Source: Deltaproteobacteria bacterium
GTDB lineage: Bacteria; Desulfobacterota; Anaeroferrophillalia; Anaeroferrophillales; Tharpellaceae
Direction of reading: 5' to 3'
NCBI GenBank assembly: GCA_016938065.1
Contig: JAFGVI010000063.1
Location: 2,623-66,622, forward strand
DNA length: 64,000 bases
Shown in pieces: positions 55,208 through 64,000 of the stretch; the first letter of the stretch is position 1; the number at the start of each line of letters is the position of its first letter. A program made the translations under genes and the position numbers. The notes beneath the pieces were generated by a model that did not search any database, had not been told where the DNA came from, and saw nothing but the letters and a program-made list of their open reading frames with translations.

Positions 55208-57592
55208 ATGAAAAAAAAATTTTGGCTATTTTTCATCCCAGCCTTGTTGCTGGCCGGTCATTTCACCGGTAATCCCGCGGCAGCGCGCATGAACATTGGT
55301 GGAGCCCGGCAGATAAGCAACGCAATCCACCAGAATGCCCGCCAAAGTCTGCGCCCCCACTTAAATATCAACTCGTCATACGCAGTTCCGGTTATGGGTG
55401 TTAAAGTAAGTCCCGATGGACACACTATGGCCATGCTTGGCAGCGATAATCGAGTTCATCTCTGGAATCTGCAGACCGGTCAGAAATTCTACAGTTTCCA
55501 CGCCGCCGCCGAGGTTGCGAATATGAGTTTTCCGGCCCACGAACAGAGGATTTTGATTACTGATGTAAAAGGCGCTATCAACAGCATCAATTTTAATGGC
55601 GAAAGCGCTAAACCTAAACAAAAGACAGAAATGTACAAATCCTCCAAAATTCTGGCTTTTCATCCGGATGGCAAAATTCTGGCCTGCGCCGGTTCCGACC
55701 AAAATATCGAACTGTGGCAAATCAGTCACACGGGTGAGTTAGCAAAAATAAAAACCTTGCCCAACCCAAAAAATATTTCCCGCTTAGCTTTCAGCGGTGA
55801 CGGTTCCAAACTTTTGAGCGCCGATAACTCAGGTCGGCTGCTCTACTGGAACTGGCAAAAAGAAAAAATTGACCTTAGTGAAAAAATAAATTCACCTATA
55901 ACCGCCATAGCGACCATGCCCGCAGAGAGCATCATGGCCATCGCCAGTGAAAATGGCCAGCTTTACCTGTTAGGACTCTCACAAAATAACCCAATTGCAA
56001 AATTACCCAAGGTTGCAGCTCTGCAAAAAAATTGCCTGACCGGTTTAACTTTCGTCTCTTCCGGTTCACCGTATCTCATCGGCTGCAGCCGAAACGGCAA
56101 TCTCTACAAATGGGAGGTGCCCTCCGGCAATTTACTTTTGAGCTGCGAGTTGAATGAAAATGTAAAATTGAATGGGGTTGCGAGCATCCCAGGGCTGGAG
56201 TACTTCTTTAGTGCCGGCGAGGGTCGCTTTTTGAGGCTCTGCTCGCTTGCCAGTGGCAAGGAGGTCGCAAAACTCGTTGTCCTGAATGAGGGATGGGGCG
56301 CCGTTTCGGCGAACGGCTGCTTTGATGGAACCCTCAAAAACGCTGCCGAGGACCATTTGCAGGCTTTGAACTGGACTTGTAATAATCAGGAGCTTGCCCT
56401 CGACGGTTTTCTGGCAAGTTATTACCGCCCCGCCCTCCTGGGCCGCCTGCTGACCGGAATAACGCCCGAACCCCAAACCGGCGCCCCGGACATCGAAAAC
56501 ATAGCATCCGTGGAAGAATTTCCCATGCCGCCCACTATACAGATCATTAAACCAGCGAAGGAAATTGAAACCTCTGAACAGATGATTGAAATCACTCTCA
56601 AAGCCGCAGATCAGGGCAGCGGCATCCACGATATTCGCCTCTACCATAATGGTAACATTGTTGATGATCAGAAAAGCACTCAGACAACCGGTGAAAAAAA
56701 CGGCGAAGTCAGAAAAACCTATAAGCTATCCCTGCTCGCAGGTGCCAACCAGATCAAAGCTGTTGCGCTAAATGATGCTCTGGTCGAAAGTACACCTGAC
56801 GAAATTTTAGTTACGACAACCTGGAGCGGACCTAAACCCAGACTGCATATTGTGACCGTCGGGATCAGCAAATACGACAATCACCGACTTGATCTCAACT
56901 TCTCGCGTCAAGACGCTGAAAAAATCGGCCAGGCCTTACTGGCGGAAAAAAGCTCCGCCTACAGCGAAATCATTCTTCACCATCTCTATGATGATGAAGC
57001 CAGCCGAACTGCAATCAACAAAAAGCTCGAAGAACTGATAAATTTGCCCCCCCAGGATACGGTTGTGATCTACATGGCCGGCCATGGAGAAACCCTGGAT
57101 GATGAATGGTTTTTTATCCCGCACGAACTGCGCCATCCGGAAAATAAAACAAGCCTTAAAGAAAATGCAATTTCATCCTCACTTCTGGAATTATCTATCG
57201 CTCAGATCGGAGCTCGACGCATTTTTTTAATTCTCGATGCCTGTAAATCGGGCGCCCTGGTCAACGCATTTGCCAACTTTGACAACTACCGCCCGATGGC
57301 CTTACTCTCACGCTTAACCGGCATTCATGTTATCTCCGCCACAACCCGCGACCAATACGCCGGAGAATTCGGCCGCCTGGGCCATGGCTTATTTACCTAC
57401 TCCCTGCTCGAAGGTTTACAGAATAGGGCTGACAACAACCCGAAGGACGGTAACATCTCAGTCTCAGAAATTATGAGTTACGTCGAGACCCAAATGCCGA
57501 TACTGATCGAACGTCACGCCCTGCCAGTGCAGAATCCGCTGATTAATTCACATGGAGAAGATTTTCCTATTGCTGCCAACATCAGAATGTAA
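55208..57592 (+). CDS. Exported WD40-repeat / Ig-like / caspase-fold (peptidase C14) protein
   Basis: Signal peptide MKKKFWLFFIPALLLAGHFTGNPAAA. WD40-type repeats (e.g. LGSDNRVHLWNLQTGQ). Caspase dyad contexts VIYMAGHGE and LILDACKSG. Confidence 0.85.
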   Translation: MKKKFWLFFIPALLLAGHFTGNPAAARMNIGGARQISNAIHQNARQSLRPHLNINSSYAVPVMGVKVSPDGHTMAMLGSDNRVHLWNLQTGQKFYSFHAAAEVANMSFPAHEQRILITDVKGAINSINFNGESAKPKQKTEMYKSSKILAFHPDGKILACAGSDQNIELWQISHTGELAKIKTLPNPKNISRLAFSGDGSKLLSADNSGRLLYWNWQKEKIDLSEKINSPITAIATMPAESIMAIASENGQLYLLGLSQNNPIAKLPKVAALQKNCLTGLTFVSSGSPYLIGCSRNGNLYKWEVPSGNLLLSCELNENVKLNGVASIPGLEYFFSAGEGRFLRLCSLASGKEVAKLVVLNEGWGAVSANGCFDGTLKNAAEDHLQALNWTCNNQELALDGFLASYYRPALLGRLLTGITPEPQTGAPDIENIASVEEFPMPPTIQIIKPAKEIETSEQMIEITLKAADQGSGIHDIRLYHNGNIVDDQKSTQTTGEKNGEVRKTYKLSLLAGANQIKAVALNDALVESTPDEILVTTTWSGPKPRLHIVTVGISKYDNHRLDLNFSRQDAEKIGQALLAEKSSAYSEIILHHLYDDEASRTAINKKLEELINLPPQDTVVIYMAGHGETLDDEWFFIPHELRHPENKTSLKENAISSSLLELSIAQIGARRIFLILDACKSGALVNAFANFDNYRPMALLSRLTGIHVISATTRDQYAGEFGRLGHGLFTYSLLEGLQNRADNNPKDGNISVSEIMSYVETQMPILIERHALPVQNPLINSHGEDFPIAANIRM

Positions 57593-57626
57593 AGCTTTAT
57601 ATGTACATATAATCAGCGAGGGAAGA

Positions 57627-60068
57627 ATGCGCGTCAATCTAAAAAAATGCCTGCCCCTGATCATTGCCCTGTTAACCATTACGGTCTGCACCGACGCCTT
57701 TGAGGCGGCCGCGAATACAACCGCGCTGACAAACACCAGGATTGTCAGCAAAACCATCAACAAGGCAATCCATACAAACACGCGGCAGGCTGTCAAAGCG
57801 ATGATCAGCAGTCAACAGAGCCGACAAGGGAGAAAAACACCGGTATCACGCATTGCTAATGGAACTAAGCAAACCAGAACCGCAAAGCCAACCTTTACTA
57901 TTTCGTCACCTGCCTGCAGTGCGCCAACGGTTTTGGCTATAACTCCTGACGGCCGCTACATGGCCAGCGGCAACGAGAATGGAGACGTACAGATCTGGAA
58001 CCTGGAAACCGGCCAGCGACTCTTTAATCTGGAGGCTAAATCCGGAGCCGTCAGGGCCTTGACTGCAACTGCCGGAAACAATTTTTTTGCCGCCGGTTAC
58101 AATAACGGCAGGGTAATATTATGGAATTTGAAAAACGGAAAAAAAGAGCGGGATTTTACCGCCCACACCCAGGAAATTGTCGAGCTGGCAACCCTTGAAG
58201 GGGGTTTGTTAATCAGTGCCGGAGCTGATAACAAAATCAAAATCTGGGAAAGCAATGGTGAGCTGATACGAGAGTTCAGCGTTGCCCTCCTGTCTGGAAT
58301 GGCGCTGAACCAGGCTCAAACCATTATCATAAGCAGTTCACTTGACGGCAATATCAACACTTGGGAGATGACAACCGGCAAACTGATTAAAACCATGAAT
58401 GCCGGACACGCCGTCCTGACTCTGGCGACCACCGGCAACAATCTGGTGGCCGCAGGTCTGGAAAACGGTGAGGTACAGGTCTGGAACAGTGTTACCGGCC
58501 GCAGGATCATGAAGCAAAAAAGCCATCAAGCGGCAGTCCGAACGGTTGCTTTTTCTCCCGACAACACAATTCTTGCCAGCGCAGGCGATAACCAGCAGAT
58601 CTTCATATGGTCACCCCGCAATCAAGCCAGAATTGCGACCCTGAGCGGACATGAAGCTGAAGTCAAAAATCTCGGCTTCAGCAGCGATGGCCATTTCATT
58701 TTTTCCGCCGGGGCTGACCGCATGATAAGGGTATGGGAAAGAAACTATAAAACTGAAATTGCACGGCTTATCTCATTAGGCTCCGGCTGGGCAGTCGTGA
58801 GTCCTACCGGCTCTTTTGACGGCTCACTAAATGGTAGTGACAGCGAAAGAGTAGCGGCTCTCAAATGGTCAACCGGTAAGGATAATTACTCTTTAGAGGC
58901 CTTCTTAAACGGCTACTACACGCCCGCTCTCCTCGGATACCTGCTGACAGGCTCGACCATAAGCGAAATCAACCCGAATGAAACCCTCGCCGGAGGGTTT
59001 CTGCCGCCACCTCAAATTGAAATCAAAACCTCAAACACCGCAAAAGAATCGCCGGAACGAACGATCAAAGTCACAGTCGTTGCTCATGACATGGGTGGAG
59101 GCGTAAATGAAATCAGACTTTTTCATAACGGAAAAATTGCTGGCGAAAAACTAAACCCGCCTGAAAACGCAGGAGCAGCCGCTTCTTTCACAAATACCTG
59201 GCAGCTTAACCTGTTACCGGGGAAAAATCAAATTCAGGCTATTGCCACAAATACAGCTATGATAGAAGGCCATCCGGCAGAAATTACGGTTACTTTCGCT
59301 GGTAAAAAAGAAAAACGAACCTTACACGTTGTCACAGTGGGTATCAACGAATATGAAAATCCGCGACTGAACCTCTCTTTTGCCGGCAGTGATGCGAAAA
59401 GCGTAGGCGACTATTTCGAAAAAACATACCGGACCACCTTTGATGAGATTAAAATTTACAGACTGTTTAATCAGCAGGCGACCAGGACTAATATTAACCG
59501 GACCCTGAACTTGCTAACCGACAGCTCACCCCAGGACACCGTACTCATCTATTTAGCCGGACACGGCGAAACCTTTGATGAAAACTGGTATTTTATTCCG
59601 CATGAAGTCAGACATCCGGAAAACAATAAAGTCTTAACACAGGAGGCGCTGTCGTCGTCGCTTCTGCAGCTTTCAGCCGTCAAATTCGGCGCGCAGAAAA
59701 TTTTTCTGCTGCTTGACAGTTGCAAGTCTGGGGCGGCCTTAAATGTCTTTGACGATTTCAACTTGCGGCGGCCCCTGGCCCTGCTTTCCCAGAATACAGG
59801 CATTCATGTGGCTGCAGCCTCATCAAGTCTGCAAACCGCCGGAGAATTAGGCCGTTTAGGACATGGTCTGTTCACCTACTCACTGCTTGAAGGACTTAAA
59901 GGGAAGGCAGATCTTGAACCGATTGATAAAACCATAACGGCTCTTGAAATTATGCACTATATCTGCACTGAACTTCCCTTGTTGAGCAATCAATATCAGC
60001 TGCCGCAGCAGGATCCGGCGATCAACTCCCGGGGGAATAATTTCCCCATTTGCAAAAGATCACTGTAG
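57627..60068 (+). CDS. Exported WD40-repeat / Ig-like / caspase-fold protein, tandem paralog
   Basis: Start taken at MRVNLKKCLPLIIALLTITVC (ATG at 57627). WD40 repeats (NGDVQIWNLETGQ, NGEVQVWNSVTGR). Dyad contexts LIYLAGHGE and LLLDSCKSG. Collinear with the preceding gene. Confidence 0.85.
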   Translation: MRVNLKKCLPLIIALLTITVCTDAFEAAANTTALTNTRIVSKTINKAIHTNTRQAVKAMISSQQSRQGRKTPVSRIANGTKQTRTAKPTFTISSPACSAPTVLAITPDGRYMASGNENGDVQIWNLETGQRLFNLEAKSGAVRALTATAGNNFFAAGYNNGRVILWNLKNGKKERDFTAHTQEIVELATLEGGLLISAGADNKIKIWESNGELIREFSVALLSGMALNQAQTIIISSSLDGNINTWEMTTGKLIKTMNAGHAVLTLATTGNNLVAAGLENGEVQVWNSVTGRRIMKQKSHQAAVRTVAFSPDNTILASAGDNQQIFIWSPRNQARIATLSGHEAEVKNLGFSSDGHFIFSAGADRMIRVWERNYKTEIARLISLGSGWAVVSPTGSFDGSLNGSDSERVAALKWSTGKDNYSLEAFLNGYYTPALLGYLLTGSTISEINPNETLAGGFLPPPQIEIKTSNTAKESPERTIKVTVVAHDMGGGVNEIRLFHNGKIAGEKLNPPENAGAAASFTNTWQLNLLPGKNQIQAIATNTAMIEGHPAEITVTFAGKKEKRTLHVVTVGINEYENPRLNLSFAGSDAKSVGDYFEKTYRTTFDEIKIYRLFNQQATRTNINRTLNLLTDSSPQDTVLIYLAGHGETFDENWYFIPHEVRHPENNKVLTQEALSSSLLQLSAVKFGAQKIFLLLDSCKSGAALNVFDDFNLRRPLALLSQNTGIHVAAASSSLQTAGELGRLGHGLFTYSLLEGLKGKADLEPIDKTITALEIMHYICTELPLLSNQYQLPQQDPAINSRGNNFPICKRSL

Positions 60069-60119
60069 ACTTTTATCGATCCTGCAAACTTTGTAAACCC
60101 ATTTAAAAGATATTTTATA

Positions 60120-62207
60120 ATGAATTTCACAAAAAACGGCGAGAGCACCAGGAGAATAGCCATTTTTAATAAAAACCATTCATTAAGAACCAGGCTCAAT
60201 ATATGGTTCATATCGATTTTTTTAGGCCTAGCCCTCTGTAGCATAAGCACTGCTGACTCTGGAAATAAAATTCAGCGCAAAATTATCATAGTCAAGCGCG
60301 GCGACACTCTGGCCAAAATTTGTCGGCAGGAATACGGCAAGTACAGTAATGAACTGCTAAAGATGATAATGGAAAATAATCCTGAAGTTACTGACCCCAA
60401 CCTTATTTTTGTCGGCGAGCAAATAGTTATTCCCAATATTACACCTGGGCCTCAAGCACCGCAAACATTGCCTCCCGCATTCAGGCCTGAGCCCAAACCC
60501 CTCAAGCCCAAGGAAAATGCACCTGAGTACAGTCTCTACCCCAGCCCCATGCCAGGTGAAATAACTCAACTTACCTGGCTCAATGACAACCAGGCCATCG
60601 TCGAAGGAAGGGTCACGACTTCGGCCAGATACCGCTTTTTCATCTACGTTCCGGGGGATACTGAATATGAGCAGCCGGAACTGCAGATGCTGGATGCGCA
60701 TCACTTCAAAGTTCTGACTACCATCGGTCGCCGGGGAAGGGATTACGGCCAGGAATTTGTTCTCAAACTTTCTCTTTACGATACTCAAGATAACAGAATC
60801 GGTGAAATCAGAGAGTCTGTTCAACGTACCCAGCATCAATCCCTTGACATAATACCAATGTTGAAAAAAAAAGGAGCACGAATTTTTGCACCACGTCCAA
60901 CCGGCTGGAATGGACTGGAAAACTGGGTAAAACTTCAAACTCTTGACGCCACAAGCCTTGACAATAATTATTTCAGAATTGCCAATGGAACCGTAGTGCC
61001 AAATTTCCGCTACTTGAGTTTCAGCCCGGATGAGCGCTACCTCTCCTGGTATGGACGTATAACCCTGTACGGTACGTCATGCCTGGCTAAAGCCCTTCTG
61101 ATAAAGGGAGAAATCGAGCAAGCCGAAAGCCTGCTCAGAGTATGGGCGAAACAGGTCGACAAAACCGGTAAAATACCAAGAAGCGCTAATGTCGTTGGCG
61201 ATAATTATATTTCACCAGATGTAAGATCAGGTGAAGTCATCCATTTTCTCGGAGCCTTAGGTCTGGCAAAAAAAATAAATCCATCGAGTGAATGGGATGA
61301 TCCCATTGAAAAAATAATCAAAGGCTACATTAAACCTCTTATGGATCCAAAACTTGGCATTATCTCGGGCGGTTACGACGGCAAAGACAGTAATGGCTAT
61401 GCAAAACCACGCAGCTATGAAAAAATCAGCTGGTTTTCGGCCGAACATAATTTTGATCTTTATCAGGCTCTTAATGTGCTCATTAAAATTGATAACTTGA
61501 ACCCGGAACTAAAAAATGATTGTTTGATGACAATCAGCCTTTTGAATAAAAATATCGAAAAATTTTTCTGGAATAAAGAGACAAATACCTTCAATCGTGG
61601 CTGGCGACCACAAAGCGGCCCTGACTGCTCCCAAGCTCTTGACTGTTCTTCCTGGGGGGCTTTATACCTTTTAAAACGGGCCCGGCTGGCAGGAATTAAG
61701 CAGGACAATGCAACAAAAGAAGAATACCTGAACAAAGCACTCCTTTGCCTCAACTACGCTGACAGCCACTTCAGAAGTAAATGGAACTATCAAACGCCCG
61801 AAGGGGATCGAGGCTCAATTACAGGCTACCGGCCTTATGCCGGTAAAATTGACGACTTAAAATGGGAAGATGGCACAAGAGAGGATGAAACGATAGAGTG
61901 GGATAGCCTGAACAACATGGTCTGGTCCGAAGGAACCCTTGGAGTTGCAATGGCCTGGCATGAATACGGCCTCCAAAAAAAAGACAATAAAGCCCTCCAG
62001 AAAGCACACAGCATTTATCAACAAATGAAAGATCTGCAAGCCTTAAGCGATCAAGGAGGTCTGCTCTACAGTACGACACCGATCAAAGGGCACTTTACAA
62101 TCGGCGAAGAACTAGCTTCATTAAGTTGGCTTGGCTATCTGGCTTTGAACCACGACCTGTCAACCAGTATTCCGAGACCTGAACTTCTCGATTGGGCACC
62201 ATGGTAG
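60120..62207 (+). CDS. Membrane-anchored LysM domain protein with Pro-rich linker and large unknown C-terminal domain
   Basis: TM segment IWFISIFLGLALCSI. LysM IVKRGDTLAKICRQEYGKYSNELLKMIMENNPEVTDPNLIFVGEQIVIP. Linker PGPQAPQTLPPAFRPEPKPLKP. The C-terminal ~450 aa are unassigned (possibly an alpha/alpha-barrel glycosidase-like fold, weak). Confidence 0.65.
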   Translation: MNFTKNGESTRRIAIFNKNHSLRTRLNIWFISIFLGLALCSISTADSGNKIQRKIIIVKRGDTLAKICRQEYGKYSNELLKMIMENNPEVTDPNLIFVGEQIVIPNITPGPQAPQTLPPAFRPEPKPLKPKENAPEYSLYPSPMPGEITQLTWLNDNQAIVEGRVTTSARYRFFIYVPGDTEYEQPELQMLDAHHFKVLTTIGRRGRDYGQEFVLKLSLYDTQDNRIGEIRESVQRTQHQSLDIIPMLKKKGARIFAPRPTGWNGLENWVKLQTLDATSLDNNYFRIANGTVVPNFRYLSFSPDERYLSWYGRITLYGTSCLAKALLIKGEIEQAESLLRVWAKQVDKTGKIPRSANVVGDNYISPDVRSGEVIHFLGALGLAKKINPSSEWDDPIEKIIKGYIKPLMDPKLGIISGGYDGKDSNGYAKPRSYEKISWFSAEHNFDLYQALNVLIKIDNLNPELKNDCLMTISLLNKNIEKFFWNKETNTFNRGWRPQSGPDCSQALDCSSWGALYLLKRARLAGIKQDNATKEEYLNKALLCLNYADSHFRSKWNYQTPEGDRGSITGYRPYAGKIDDLKWEDGTREDETIEWDSLNNMVWSEGTLGVAMAWHEYGLQKKDNKALQKAHSIYQQMKDLQALSDQGGLLYSTTPIKGHFTIGEELASLSWLGYLALNHDLSTSIPRPELLDWAPW

Positions 62208-62363
62208 AAAATAAAAAATTGAACATCAGTGAGCAAAAATCTTCAAACAGGAAAACTACCTATCCAACAAACAAAAAAAGGAGGTGACCAAAATAGTAGA
62301 TGTAAAAGATTACAAATGACGCTTTTAATTTTAACCGTAGAAAGAAAGGGAGAGAAAATCATA

Positions 62364-62837
62364 ATGGAACATGTAACTCAACCAACGCCCTTGAAAATTT
62401 TCAGAAATATAGAATTATATTCTCTAATTCTAATACTACTGATAACACTAACCTTACTGACAGGCTGTACAACCCCTGCATCATCAATTTCAGTGCTCAC
62501 CCCATCATCGACATCAACTCAACTCCTTACTGACCGCTCAGCCGGAGTTCTGCACGACAGGTTGACGATTCTAACCAGCGGTGATTGTGCTTCTGAGTTG
62601 ACTCCGCGGTTTTCTGTATTTAACCGGACGATGCATACACTGACAATCGAATTAAGCGGAAGCAGCGGCTCATACACTCTGCTTTTGGAACCAAAACGAG
62701 ATCACACATGGCTTATAAGAGAGGGCTCTTATCACGTCGAGATCAGTGTTCCGGGATTTCCTCCGGCTGCCGCCGATGGTCTCTCCATCGCAAAAGGGCA
62801 TTGTTATAAATGGGAATTGTGGAAAGATAAACCATGA
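62364..62837 (+). CDS. Small lipoprotein, unknown function
   Basis: ATG at 62364 after gggagag. Hydrophobic leader ending in the lipobox LLTGC. Confidence 0.45.
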   Translation: MEHVTQPTPLKIFRNIELYSLILILLITLTLLTGCTTPASSISVLTPSSTSTQLLTDRSAGVLHDRLTILTSGDCASELTPRFSVFNRTMHTLTIELSGSSGSYTLLLEPKRDHTWLIREGSYHVEISVPGFPPAAADGLSIAKGHCYKWELWKDKP

Positions 62838-62892
62838 TAATAACAGATTTTATGAAGTATCAAGCAAACTTAATAACTCAAGGAGTACTTGT

Positions 62893-63657
62893 ATGAAAAA
62901 GATAATATCCCGGGAAAAAACAATGCGTTATTTAATCTTTACACTTTTATGTCTGGCATTCTGGTTAACCGGATGCGTGGAAAAAGTAGTCATCAGAGAA
63001 CAGGTGGCAACCCCCGATATAGCCCAGGCACAAACAATTTTTTTCGATGACTTCAGCCAAGCTTCGCAAAATATCAATCGCAATCTATGGATGTCAAATG
63101 GTAAAGCTCACTGGGTCTGGCAAGGCAAAACCTCAGATGCTCCCGGATGTGTTGATGGTTGTTTAAAACAGAACAGTGAAGCCGACCGGGCCCTAAATGC
63201 TATTATGTATATCAGCACTCCGCAGATTTCAAATGCGACAATAGAAACCAAAACCAGAATCAATTATGATCTGTCGATTGGACATACGGACGAAGAATTG
63301 AAAAAATTTCGTTATTTTATTGGTACTGGAATAGTTTTCAGACTGGTCGATGACAACAATTACTATATGTTCAGGCTGGCTGGTGAAGAAGGCTGTGTAC
63401 TCGGAAAAATGGTTGACGGCAGGTGGGTTGATCTGAAAAATCCGAGACGCTTAAACTTTCTTGAAGGCGGACGAGTCAGAACGAATACTTGGTACACCCT
63501 GAAAGTAATTGTTAACGGAAATAATATTCAATGTTTTATAAATGATTCACCTGTCATCAACTACACCGACTTTGAATCAGAATTTTCACTCGGCCACTTC
63601 GGCCTGACCACATTTAAATGTTTTGGAGATTTTGAATATATCAAAGTAACCAAGTAG
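62893..63657 (+). CDS. Lipoprotein with DUF1080/LamG-like (concanavalin-type) domain
   Basis: ATG at 62893 after aggag. Lipobox WLTGC. NNYYMFRLAGEEG...WYTLKVIVNGNNIQCFINDSPVINYTD resembles DUF1080-type jelly-roll domains. Confidence 0.5.
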   Translation: MKKIISREKTMRYLIFTLLCLAFWLTGCVEKVVIREQVATPDIAQAQTIFFDDFSQASQNINRNLWMSNGKAHWVWQGKTSDAPGCVDGCLKQNSEADRALNAIMYISTPQISNATIETKTRINYDLSIGHTDEELKKFRYFIGTGIVFRLVDDNNYYMFRLAGEEGCVLGKMVDGRWVDLKNPRRLNFLEGGRVRTNTWYTLKVIVNGNNIQCFINDSPVINYTDFESEFSLGHFGLTTFKCFGDFEYIKVTK

Positions 63658-63676
63658 CTTTCCAGATTAAAATTAA

Positions 63677-63745
63677 AACACTAAAACAAGACGGCTTTTA
63701 CGGGCTCATAAATTAATAAGGCCTCTTGTTTTAGTGTTATTTTCC
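63677..63745 (+). terminator. Long-loop hairpin plus T-run after the DUF1080-like gene
   Basis: 15-bp arms aacactaaaacaaga (63677-91) / tcttgttttagtgtt (63724-38), 32-nt loop, then attttcc. Confidence 0.45.
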
Positions 63746-63767
63746 ACTTCTTATATGAGAATATCTT

Positions 63768-64000
63768 ATGAAAGAGTGCTCGCGAGGCCACCTCTATCCA
63801 GACACCCTGGACCATTGTCCGGTATGCGATAAAGGAATGGAGTTTCAAACAATTTTTGAAAACAGCTACGAAGAAGCCGTAACCCTGAAGAAATCAGAAG
63901 ATTACCATATCGCAGCGGAACAACTTGCCTGGAGCCTCACAAACAAATCGAATTCAAACCGAAATCTAGAGAAAACTATTTTTCTCGGCAACGAAGACGC
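63768..64000 (+). CDS. 5' part of a gene encoding an N-terminal zinc-ribbon-like protein (runs off the window)
   Basis: My translation from the ATG at 63768 gives MKECSRGHLYPDTLDHCPVCDKGMEFQ..., open to the window end. C-x2-H...C-x2-C spacing. No further assignment is possible. Confidence 0.35.
   Translation, partial: MKECSRGHLYPDTLDHCPVCDKGMEFQTIFENSYEEAVTLKKSEDYHIAAEQLAWSLTNKSNSNRNLEKTIFLGNED

Noticed and set aside
1-64000. CRISPR arrays, rRNA/tRNA genes, IS elements, integrases and prophage genes.
   Set aside because: I saw no regularly spaced direct repeats, no cloverleaf-like or rRNA-like segments in intergenic regions, and no transposase, integrase or phage-like ORF translations in the track.

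Overview
This 64-kb chromosomal window most likely comes from a Desulfuromonadales-like (Geobacter/Desulfuromonas-type) deltaproteobacterium. That placement is inferred from gene content only: four c-type cytochrome genes with 40 CXXCH motifs by my count, futalosine-pathway menaquinone genes, and a long PurL. I found no rRNA, tRNA, CRISPR array, transposase or integrase.

Layout:
- 1-6.2 kb: tautomerase, PaaK-like CoA ligase and a TRAP transporter.
- 5.9-14.9 kb: a divergent Hpt gene, then a tightly packed same-strand operon. It encodes a hybrid histidine kinase, a HEAT-repeat protein, an Hsp70-fold protein with degenerate ATP-site motifs, a 69-aa ORF, a Ycf46-like AAA+ ATPase, DUF1257 and DUF2997.
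- 15.9-22.4 kb: an outer-membrane barrel, a 12-haem lipoprotein cytochrome and a giant 8-haem cytochrome. The giant cytochrome's reading frame is interrupted by one in-frame TGA followed by a SECIS-like hairpin, making it a candidate selenoprotein.
- 22.6-29.0 kb: an HTH/PBP-like regulator and an MtrC/A/B-like decahaem-decahaem-barrel module.
- 29.2-46.5 kb: housekeeping genes (mqnC/mqnE, purQ/purL, hpt, ribE-ribBA-ribH-nusB, a metF fusion, panE, trmFO).
- 46.5-64 kb: a visibly AT-richer block in which all 11 complete products are exported or membrane-anchored. It includes a Ser/Thr kinase with a PEGA domain, a DUF4384-like protein, an autotransporter-type barrel, a 931-aa Cys-rich repeat protein, an OmpA-like protein, two tandem WD40-caspase proteins and a LysM protein.

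The leads I rank highest are the UGA/SECIS-like cytochrome and the kinase-HEAT-pseudo-Hsp70-AAA+-DUF1257-DUF2997 operon. All family names rest on motif recognition by eye, not on database searches.
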